Shown here piece after piece: positions 53,222-62,324 of a stretch of DNA of 64,000 nucleotides. The position numbers were made by a program, and so were the translations under genes. The notes beneath the pieces are model-generated. The model searched no databases. It saw only the letters and a list, made by a program, of their open reading frames with translations, and was not told the DNA's origin. Positions within the stretch are counted from its first letter, which is position 1. Every line of letters starts with the position of its first letter. The DNA is from an uncultured Nitrososphaeraceae archaeon (GTDB lineage Archaea > Thermoproteota > Nitrososphaeria > Nitrososphaerales > Nitrososphaeraceae), in the NCBI GenBank assembly GCA_963779615.1, contig CAVZZA010000003.1:320001-384000 (forward strand). Reading direction: 5' to 3'.

Positions 53222-54898
53222 ATGAGCAATAAACCCGGGGGGCTTCCGCTAAGCAGAGCCCATGTCGAGCAGATATTTCCGAAATTAACCCCAGCACAGA
53301 TTAATCGAATTGCAGCGCGTGGGGGGCACATGCGTGCGATGGAACCTGGGGACGTGCTCGTCGAGCAGGGGGACAGCGCCACACCGTTCTTTGTGGTGGT
53401 CTCGGGCGAGCTTGAGATTGTGCGTCCCTGCGGCGCCGTTGAGACACTCATCACCGTACATGGCCCAGGCCAATTCACAGGCGAGCTCAACATGCTCTCC
53501 GGCCGCCGGGCCCTCTTTCGAGCACGCGCCACGAAGGCGGGCAGCGTGATTGAACTTGACCGGCAACATATGATGGCTTTGATGCAGGGTGATGACGAGC
53601 TTGGCGAGATCCTGATGCGGGCTTTCATCCTCCGCAGGGTTGAGTTGGTGGCCGCTGGCGTTGGAGATGTTGTGCTCATCGGGTCAGCAAATTCTGCCGG
53701 CACGTTTCGAATAAAAGAGTTTCTGATGCGCAACGGCCACCCCTACCACTACATAGACCTTGAGCGCGATCCAGACGTGCAGAGCCTGCTGGACAATTTC
53801 CATGTTTTAGCAAGCGAGATACCCGTTGTGATCTGCCAGGGCAAGCTTGTGCTTAGAAACCCCAGCAACAGGCAAATCGCAGACTGTCTTGGCTTCAACG
53901 AACCCATCGACCAGACCCAGGTACGCGATCTCGTAATCATCGGCGCCGGCCCATCCGGGTTGGCTGCGGCAGTGTATGGCGCCTCCGAGGGGCTTGACGT
54001 TCTTGTGCTGGAGACGAGCTCGCCCGGGGGCCAGGCCGGCTCAAGCTCTAAAATCGAAAACTACCTTGGGTTTCCAACCGGCATCTCGGGTCAGGAGCTT
54101 GCAGCTCGCGCGTACAACCAGGCGCAAAAGTTCGGAGCGGAGATGCGCATCACCAGGGGCATGCGACTCACCTGCGACCGCAAGCCATACATAGTAGAAG
54201 TCGAGAATGGGGGCCGAATTCCGGCCCGAACCGTCATAATTGCAACCGGGGCCGAGTACCGGAGGCCTCCATGCAAGGACCTGCAGCGCTTTGAGGGGGC
54301 TGGTGTGTATTATGGCGCAACCTTTCTGGAAGCGCAGATGTGTGTAGGAGAAGAGGTGATTGTGGTTGGCGGCGGAAATTCGGCCGGCCAGGCTGCCGTT
54401 TTTTTGGCCCAGAAGGCAAAGCGTGTCCATATGCTTGTTAGGTCTGCCGGTTTGGTCGACAGCATGTCGCGATACCTTATCCGCCGCATAGAGGAGAATC
54501 CCACTATTGCATTGCGGACGCACACCGAGATCGGGGCGCTCGAAGGGGAAAGTCACCTGGAATCTGTTAGGTGGCAAAACAGCCAAACGGGGCGGACTGA
54601 GGATCACAGCATCAGGAACGTGTTCGTCATGGCCGGTGCTGCCCCGAACACCACTTGGCTTGGTGGCTGCGTCGCCCTCGACCCAAAGGGCTTCATCAAG
54701 ACAGGCCCCGATCTGTCGCCAGAGAACCTTGGCACTGCAGGCTGGCCCCTTGCCCGTCAGCCATATCTGCTCGAAACCAGTTTGCCTGGGATTTTTGCTG
54801 TTGGGGACGTGCGTGGGGGCAGCATAAAGCGGGTTGCCTCCGCTGTGGGCGAGGGGTCAATCGCCATCTCGTTTGTCCATCAAGTGCTTCGTGAATGA
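53222..54898 (+). CDS. cNMP-binding domain + glutaredoxin-like + TrxB-like FAD-dependent oxidoreductase (start may be 53147 or 53222)
   Basis: GPGQFTGEL (cNMP); IGAGPSGLAAAVY, GGQAGSSSKIENYLGFP, VGGGNSAGQAA, GDVR...KRVASAVGEG; GC visibly far above host. Confidence 0.93.
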   Translation: MSNKPGGLPLSRAHVEQIFPKLTPAQINRIAARGGHMRAMEPGDVLVEQGDSATPFFVVVSGELEIVRPCGAVETLITVHGPGQFTGELNMLSGRRALFRARATKAGSVIELDRQHMMALMQGDDELGEILMRAFILRRVELVAAGVGDVVLIGSANSAGTFRIKEFLMRNGHPYHYIDLERDPDVQSLLDNFHVLASEIPVVICQGKLVLRNPSNRQIADCLGFNEPIDQTQVRDLVIIGAGPSGLAAAVYGASEGLDVLVLETSSPGGQAGSSSKIENYLGFPTGISGQELAARAYNQAQKFGAEMRITRGMRLTCDRKPYIVEVENGGRIPARTVIIATGAEYRRPPCKDLQRFEGAGVYYGATFLEAQMCVGEEVIVVGGGNSAGQAAVFLAQKAKRVHMLVRSAGLVDSMSRYLIRRIEENPTIALRTHTEIGALEGESHLESVRWQNSQTGRTEDHSIRNVFVMAGAAPNTTWLGGCVALDPKGFIKTGPDLSPENLGTAGWPLARQPYLLETSLPGIFAVGDVRGGSIKRVASAVGEGSIAISFVHQVLRE

Positions 54899-54908
54899 AG
54901 CAGCAGGC

Positions 54909-54933
54909 AAGTCAAACGCGACGGGTTTGACTT
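54909..54933 (+). terminator. possible hairpin after the TrxB-like gene
   Basis: AAGTCAAAC-7 nt-GTTTGACTT 9-bp stem, 10 nt after the stop. Confidence 0.3.
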
Positions 54934-54987
54934 TCTACCGTCCCCGGCCCAAAAAACCTTATTAGTGTAAGACGGGCTGCTTTAACC

Positions 54988-55359
54988 ATGTCCCTCCTCT
55001 CAAAGTCTGAAACCCTCTACCTGCAGGGCCAGAAGCCGGTTTCAAAGTCCTATGAGTACAAGTTAAAGTCCGTCATCAGGAAAAAGATGGCCCACCTGTT
55101 GGACAAGAAGCTGCCGCTCTTGTCATCACTTTTCCCCAAACTCAACCTTACTGGATTTGGTAAGGGAGGAGGCCCTCTCAAGGCGACGATCCCGGGTTCA
55201 AATCCCGGCCGGAGCATTTCCTTTTCTGTTCCAGACTATTCCAACAATTGCGACAACAACGGCAAAATTTTATCAAAAAGCTGTACAGAAGATGAAATAC
55301 TGTATGTCCAGGCAAACAGGGCAAAAGGGAAACCACATCCAAATCACGCAGGATTATGA
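54988..55359 (+). CDS. Int(N) fragment reading through attR
   Basis: Translation crosses the tRNA-derived repeat (LKATIPGSNPGRSI) in the frame that at the left copy continues into Int(C). Confidence 0.8.
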   Translation: MSLLSKSETLYLQGQKPVSKSYEYKLKSVIRKKMAHLLDKKLPLLSSLFPKLNLTGFGKGGGPLKATIPGSNPGRSISFSVPDYSNNCDNNGKILSKSCTEDEILYVQANRAKGKPHPNHAGL

Positions 55360-55779
55360 ATCCTAATTTTTTGGCAATTCAGCAATTTAATTTGTTTTTA
55401 GTTATTTCATCAACACTATTGTCAGCATTTGACAAAATGGGTCTCGTCAAAATACCAAATTTAAGACTAACAATCTGAAATCAAGGCAAACATGGCTTTA
55501 TGATGCTATTATGAAATAATGGCTGCTGCACCATGTATTATTTGTTAACTAATGGTTTTTTTGGATAGACGAAATACCCATATTTGGATTGCCCGGCTAT
55601 GGCGTTCCAAACAAAAAACAAAAACACTACATTATTACATAAAAAAATGAGCCCGACATTTTACTATAGAAATAAGTATAATAATCATACTATTTTTTTA
55701 AGTATAATAAACTCCTAAAACATTTGCAGTATATATTTACCCATTATTAATATGCAATAAAATCATTAGTAAGTTAAGT

Positions 55780-56004
55780 ATGAAAAACATATCTTTTTTG
55801 TTGATGATGGTGGCAATAACATCACTATTAGTTGCAGGAATAACCTCGACTACAATGCAGGCGGATGCTTTTAAAAGTAAAAATTCGCAAAAGGGTACAA
55901 ACTTCTGTTATAGATCTGATGGTTGCGACCAATCCAACATAGGACAACAGGCATCAGGCAAAAATAACAAATTAGTTGGATTTACCGATCAAAGCACAAA
56001 TTAA
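55780..56004 (+). CDS. small secreted protein with C-x4-C...GFxDQS motif
   Basis: Signal peptide ending ADA; CYRSDGCDQSNIGQQASGKNNKLVGFTDQSTN. Confidence 0.75.
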   Translation: MKNISFLLMMVAITSLLVAGITSTTMQADAFKSKNSQKGTNFCYRSDGCDQSNIGQQASGKNNKLVGFTDQSTN

Positions 56005-56160
56005 GTTACAACCACTACAATCATATAAACCGATACAAACCTTATTTTTTTATGTTTAATGACCTAATTGTGTTTTGTCATATAGGACACAATAAAACAA
56101 CCAAAAGACCATCATCTTTACTTCCCAACCTCGATTTTACCGAATTCGGTAAGGAAAGGA

Positions 56161-56206
56161 GCCCCTCAAGGCGACGATCCCAAGATTCAAGTTCCGCCTG
56201 GAGCAT
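56161..56206 (+). repeat. degenerate third copy of the tRNA-Glu 3' half (old attR)
   Basis: GCCCCTCAAGGCGACGATCCCAAGATTCAAGTTCCGCCTGGAGCAT, preceded by SSLLPNLDFTEFGK similar to Int(N) SSLFPKLNLTGFGK. Confidence 0.75.
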
Positions 56207-56933
56207 AGGTTTTAGTATCTCTTCTAAAAAAAGGTAACAATTCTTTAAAAACAAAAAAATGACAAATATATGAAAATAACGTATCGTCTATAAGTATCAC
56301 AGAATCAGTCAAATCATAAAAAAACATCAACCAATGAGATCACCGAAATCAGCAATATTGGCAGAACAGCAGCAACCACTATAATAACCGGCCAATGATT
56401 TGGCGGCATCAAAAAGTACACGAAAATCAAATCAAAGTACAAATAGCATGAAGAAAAAAAAATTAGTTACGCCAAAAGATTTTACTATATCCTAGAAGTA
56501 AAGAATGCCCAAGGTTTATCAAAACAATCTCCTGATGGCAAATCTCATACTAAAATCATCAGCATTTTTGTCAACAATAAGTGAACTTGTGAAAATACAG
56601 GAATTTAATTACCATAAATCAAAAACAATTCTCAGCCAGACCGATAATATGGCAGAACATAAAAAAATATAATAAAAATAATAATTGTTGTTGGGGGAGT
56701 TGAGGGTTTCCTCCAGCAGTAATTTTTAATTTTTGTTTGCCCTCCGTGCAACAGTCTAAAAAACATAATTACAGCATCTTCCCATTGTAAAATAAAACAA
56801 GAGAAAAACATTATGAAGATGAGGATACACAGGCTCACCATATTTAGACCCACATTCCGGAGGCATTAAGAAAGTTACACTCGACATATATACTATTATA
56901 GTCCCAAATCATAAGTTTAAACTAAATAAATTT

Positions 56934-57560
56934 ATGCTAGACATAATCAATTCTATAACCTCACTCATTTCATCATTTGGGTATTATGGCATATTCATTG
57001 CTGCATTTGTTGAAACCATTTTCCCACCAATACCTAGTGAGGTAATTTTTCCATTAGCTGGTTTTGTATCATTTAAATCCAACTTTAGTTACCTCCAAAC
57101 ATTTTTAATGGCCTTTTCAGGAGCTTTAGGAGCTACAATAGGCTCCATCATAATTTATTTTTTATCTTATAAAATTGGCAGGAAAGCAATAATAAAAATA
57201 GGAAAATATGCATTTGTAAGCGAGAAAAAGATAGAAAAGACTGAATATTGGTTTCAAAAGTATGGAGTATATGCTGTTTTCTTGGGCAGAATGGCACCGG
57301 GAATAAGAGAAATAATAAGCATTCCAGCCGGAATATCCAAAATGGACATTAAAAGATTTGTAGTATTTACGTTTTTTGGATCATTGATATGGAGCACTCT
57401 TTTGGTGTTTGCTGGGTTTTACTTTGGCAACACATGGGAATCTTTCTCTACCTCTTTACAAAAAGTTTTTTCAATCATTACCCTATTGTTAATTTTGGCC
57501 ATCGCCATTAGTTTAATTTATTTTTTCTTTATAAAAAGAAAGAAAGTCAGTCAAACTTGA
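56934..57560 (+). CDS. DedA-family membrane protein
   Basis: ETIFPPIPSEVIFPLAG, FQKYG..AVFLGRMAPGIR..ISIPAG. Confidence 0.93.
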   Translation: MLDIINSITSLISSFGYYGIFIAAFVETIFPPIPSEVIFPLAGFVSFKSNFSYLQTFLMAFSGALGATIGSIIIYFLSYKIGRKAIIKIGKYAFVSEKKIEKTEYWFQKYGVYAVFLGRMAPGIREIISIPAGISKMDIKRFVVFTFFGSLIWSTLLVFAGFYFGNTWESFSTSLQKVFSIITLLLILAIAISLIYFFFIKRKKVSQT

Positions 57561-58295
57561 CATTTTTTCCGCAACTTTATTCTTTATTTTTGGAATGACT
57601 TTGACTTTTTTTCGATATATGCATTATTGTCTTTTATAATTACACAAATAGAATTTAACCATTATTAAACAACACCAATATACAAAAACAAAATGAATTA
57701 AAGAAAAAGCCGGTATTCATAATGATAACTATTTTTGTTATTCTTCGCATAAGTAACATTCTATCCAGCAATCCCATAAAAAAAATGAGAATGCCTTTAA
57801 AAACCGATTTCAAATGATTTTGAGATTAAGCACTATGTTATGACATCAACTACAAAAGTCAAACCACTTAAGCAAAATAAAAAAACAGTGCAAAGAGGTA
57901 GGATTTATTTTACACCTGAAGCAATTGAATCAAAAAGGCATAAGAACACAATTCAAAAAATGAATTCTGAACACAGGCCAATCCAAAAAATGGAGGACAA
58001 AATCAGAAACAATCAATGATTATTGCTACGTTTGCAAACCTTGCTTTGGAGGACATCCAGTTGTTTGAGATGATCTACCATCAGTAACATTAGGCAAGAA
58101 TTAGGTGCCAATCCAAATGAAAAATGTTCTTGCATCTTTTAGCGATATTGGCAATAACTTTTAATCATCTCGCTGACGCTCAAAGGTCCAAGACATATGA
58201 CATAGATTGACATTGACAAGCTGCTTTGATAAATTAGCACGGATTGTCGAACTATATTAGAAATGCCGATTGAAATTTAGAATTTAGACTCATTT

Positions 58296-58583
58296 TCAAA
58301 GAGCACATAAAGTATTTGTTTGGGATTTTAATTTAAATTGTATAACACATCGATTATCAGAAAGCAAATAGAGATTGGGCCCATCCTTCGTAACCGCAAT
58401 TATCTTGAAGGAATTAACAACTCTATCAACAAATAAATCAAAAACCATGTTACAAGTCAATATCTCAAAAAATGTTAGGTTCCTTCCGGTTTTCGGGTCT
58501 TTGAGGTTAAGTGACAAGTCATCATAATCAAATTCATAGTAAAAATCAGGATTTTTAAAGAAATAATTTATTTGAGGCACCAA
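58296..58583 (-). CDS. hypothetical protein
   Basis: 95-aa ORF, no motif. Confidence 0.45.
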   Translation of the reverse strand: MVPQINYFFKNPDFYYEFDYDDLSLNLKDPKTGRNLTFFEILTCNMVFDLFVDRVVNSFKIIAVTKDGPNLYLLSDNRCVIQFKLKSQTNTLCAL

Positions 58584-59264
58584 ACTTCATATCTATTTTC
58601 TTTATTAAAAATAGCGATAGAAACTACAATTCACTTGATAGACTGATTTTTTAGTGTAATTTATTAGATTCCGGTTTGTTTCTCATTTTCTCCTATAACA
58701 ACATTCAAGTCAATTTTATGACTGTCATCCCAACATCAGTAAATAATAATTCATGGAGATTTTTAACAACATACAACCTGATAGAGAAAAGGTTATTCCG
58801 TCTTGCATTTGACATTTACAATGCAATTTATTGCGATAAACTTAAAGCATCCAGATCATTTTAAAAGTTTACTTTTATTTTGATACCGTTATTCAACATG
58901 CATTCATTTAACTTAAGCCATATCAATATTAGTTATCGAGATAAAACACATATTTTCATTCGACCAGTATTTCACATTAATTAACAACAGATGAACAATA
59001 CAAAAAGAAAAAAAGGTGGCTTCGGAAATTGAGTCATGTTACCCCAATGATATGACATAAAAGAAAGATGACCGAACTTATTCGTAATATTCCTCTTTTA
59101 TGTTAAAGAATAACATCAAAATTTTTACATATAAAATGGGGGATTTAGATTATGGGTGGATGTTACAAAGGTGACTCGATTTCCCTCACTCACTTTCTGC
59201 AAATTAGTAACTTTACTTTATTTAATTAACTCAAAAAAACATATGGCGTGGGTCAAGCGAATAT

Positions 59265-60017
59265 CTATAACGAAATCCTCATCACAGCAACACCAGCACT
59301 ATTGCTTGAATCGGCTCCACTACCACCATCATCAGTAGCAGCAGGCTTGAGAGAATTGGACTCCTCCTGACTACTGGCAGGCTTGAGAGAATTGGACTCC
59401 TCCTGACTACTGGCAGGCTTTAAAACACTTGCCTGACAGGATTGCTTATTGCCATATTTATCAGTGTCCTGAATCACTTTAATGCATCCTGTGTATGTGT
59501 CACCTATATCCAAAAGACCTTTACCAATCTTCAATGGAACAGATATAAGCCCATTGTTATCATCCTCAGGGTCAAGCAGTGGTACTGGATTAAAGGTTTT
59601 TGATATTTCCTGACCAGTCTTTGTTGTTATCCATACCTTGACCTTTATGGTTGAGTGGTCTATTCCGTCTATCTTCATCACAACGTCTGTGGAATTCTCT
59701 CCTGCCGCTGTCTTGTCCTCATTCAGATTGGTACTGCTTTGATCGTTAAACCCAACCACTTTGTTGTCACTGCCCGCTGCAGCTTGGTCCTCATTGACCT
59801 GCTTGCAGATGTCATCGGATACATCACACGAATTGCCCTGGCCGCCCTTTGCGATGTTTATGGGACCTTTTTCTTGCCCTGTATCTCCAATATCAAAAGA
59901 GGTAACTCCATTTGTAGAGGGTAAAGTCATTACGGAAAACACAGAGACTAAGGTTAATGATAACAGTGTAAATGTAGCATATGATTTTACTGTTTTATTG
60001 ATTGTTTTCACTTTCAC
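59265..60017 (-). CDS. secreted protein with C-x5-C...GFNDQS motif and Ser-rich tail
   Basis: Signal/TM N-terminus; CDVSDDICKQVNEDQAAAGSDNKVVGFNDQSSTN. Confidence 0.8.
   Translation of the reverse strand: MKVKTINKTVKSYATFTLLSLTLVSVFSVMTLPSTNGVTSFDIGDTGQEKGPINIAKGGQGNSCDVSDDICKQVNEDQAAAGSDNKVVGFNDQSSTNLNEDKTAAGENSTDVVMKIDGIDHSTIKVKVWITTKTGQEISKTFNPVPLLDPEDDNNGLISVPLKIGKGLLDIGDTYTGCIKVIQDTDKYGNKQSCQASVLKPASSQEESNSLKPASSQEESNSLKPAATDDGGSGADSSNSAGVAVMRISL
59341..59420. repeat. 36-bp coding tandem repeat x2.2 (KPASSQEESNSL)
   Basis: GCAGGCTTGAGAGAATTGGACTCCTCCTGACTACTG repeated exactly. Confidence 0.9.
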
Positions 60018-60759
60018 CTACCATCTTCATATTTAATATTTATAGGCACTGGATGTTTGTTATTTAGAAAGGCTATCAACATTTTCTACTGTTGCAGATG
60101 ATGAAGTTGCCACATTAGATAAAATACCAAGGGTAGTAATATCAAGAAATAATTTGATTCGATTTTGAATATGAAATCACTCCTTTTCTTTTTTCATAAT
60201 AGAAAATAAACATCAAAGTTATCTCCTGGGCAATAGCAATGTATGTTGAAGTCGCACATGTGAAGTTTGATGATATTATTTTAAAATCAAAGTAAAGGTG
60301 AATGTACGCATTTTAATACGCCACTCCGCACTTATTGTAAACATGAAATGCCTCATCTTCTTTATTTAACTCATATTCCTTTTTACCATACTAGGCCACC
60401 ACCATAATTCCAAAAAATCATACAAAAAAGAAATATCTCCCCACTTATATGAAGAAATTTGGTTGATATATGGCAGGACCAAATTGTTATCAACAATGGA
60501 TTTACCCAATGCAGTACAAGAAAATCGTTATAGGATATTATTTGTTGCCCTATAGGGATTTAGTAGATTACCAAATCTCCATTTGATGATGAACAATAGT
60601 TCAACTATAAACAAATCAGACAAAGGAAGATTTTATTGCCAATAAAGTTGATATTTGGAAAAAGGTAGACGCAGAAACAAAAAATGAATTTATCCATTCC
60701 AAATATTACTTAACAGGCATTTTAAAACAAAAGATAGTTATTTTATTTTTCAAGTTGTT

Positions 60760-61163
60760 GGTCACAATGGCAATGGCAGGTCACAATGGCAATGGCAGGT
60801 CACAATGGCAATGGCAGGTCACAATGGCAATGGCAGGTCACAATGGCAATGGCAGGTCACAATGGCAATGGCAGGTCACAATGGCAATGGCAGGTCACAA
60901 TGGCAATGGCAGGTCACAATGGCAATGGCAGGTCACAATGGCAATGGCAGGTCACAATGGCAATGGCAGGTCACAATGGCAATGGCAGGTCACAATGGCA
61001 ATGGCAGGTCACAATGGCAATGGCAGGTCACAATGGCAATGGCAGGTCACAATGGCAATGGCAGGTCACAATGGCAATGGCAGGTCACAATGGCAATGGC
61101 AGGTCACAATGGCAATGGCAGGTCACAATGGCAATGGCAGGTCACAATGGCAATGGCAGGTCA
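60760..61163. repeat. perfect tandem array, 19-bp unit GGTCACAATGGCAATGGCA x21 plus 5 bp
   Basis: Read directly; no variant units or spacers. Confidence 0.97.
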
Positions 61164-61446
61164 ATCAGAGTATGTATATACACAATTAGCATATAAAGAA
61201 AAAGCAATACGGAACTTCTCCATCGCCAAAAGTTTTATACACTAGTAGAATGAACCTGTGTACTTTAATACACCAATTATTAATGAATTATCCATAAGTA
61301 CATCTATGCAGGATTCAGTTATATAACAGCAGAAGAGAATAAGACTGGATATTCTCAAATCATCCACTTGAGGGATGTTATAACCACTATAACCACTATA
61401 TATAGGCTTCCACTCGAGGCTGGCACATATTTTTGGATTTTTTTGT

Positions 61447-61913
61447 AGCACACCCACCATGGCAGCACACCCACCATGGCAGCACACCCACCATGGCAGC
61501 ACACCCACCATGGCACCCCACCATGGCAGCACACCCACCATGGCAGCACACCCACCATGGCAGCACACCCACCATGGCAGCACACCCACCATGGCAGCAC
61601 ACCCACCATGGCAGCACACCCACCATGGCAGCACACCCACCATGGCAGCACACCCACCATGGCAGCACACCCACCATGGCAGCACACCCACCATGGCAGC
61701 ACACCCACCATGGCAGCACACCCACCATGGCAGCACACCCACCATGGCAGCACACCCACCATGGCAGCACACCCACCATGGCAGCACACCCACCATGGCA
61801 GCACACCCACCATGGCAGCACACCCACCATGGCAGCACACCCACCATGGCAGCACACCCACCATGGCAGCACACCCACCATGGCAGCACACCCACCATGG
61901 CAGCACACCCACC
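61447..61913. repeat. tandem array, 17-bp unit AGCACACCCACCATGGC: 26 full units, one 13-bp variant (61515..61527), one partial
   Basis: Read directly. Confidence 0.97.
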
Positions 61914-62324
61914 GTTCCATCTAACTCGACAATTGAGATGCTGGACCTGATGAGGTACAATTTATTCATACAGTCAAATTTGATTTAACATCAAGGATCA
62001 GTTGGTTTTCTAAACCCTACACTATTGAAACATAGAATGACCACATAAACAAGTAGGTTACTACAACTACTGCTTCTTTTTTTGCATGATTATATAGTTT
62101 TTTTACTGACTACTTTTAAAAAAGAGGTTTGATGTTGCTAATGAGTATAATTTAATAAAAACTGAACCTAATCGCATCTAACAACCACCAAAAATTTAGT
62201 TATGCAACTAACCAAATATCTATCACATTATTTTAGTTCTCTACACATAACAACAAAGTGGTATAGGATAAGAATCTATTAACAGAAAAGCTAAACTATC
62301 ATTGGCAGTCAGGTAAACAGAGTC

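Larger units (their letters stand above)
48728..55297 (+). mobile_element. tRNA-Glu-integrated element with SSV1-type split tyrosine integrase (decayed)
   Basis: 126-bp direct repeat 48728..48853 / 55172..55297 starting in the anticodon stem; Int(C) after the left copy, Int(N) reading into the right copy; elevated GC. Confidence 0.88.

Noticed and set aside
55172-55216. Second functional tRNA-Glu
   Set aside because: Only the 3' half is present; the 5' acceptor strand and D-arm are missing, so it is an att site
57561-59260. ncRNA or mobile element in the gene-poor stretch after dedA
   Set aside because: No TIRs, repeats or convincing stems seen; only one weak ORF. An Rfam search would be needed
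60760-61913. CRISPR array
   Set aside because: Units are directly adjacent with no unique spacers; no cas genes in the window
60755-61988. The nine repeat-derived ORFs in the ORF track as real genes
   Set aside because: They follow automatically from stop-free repeat units; the same peptide appears in every frame and the non-repeat flanks are unconvincing. Kept only as a remote hypothesis
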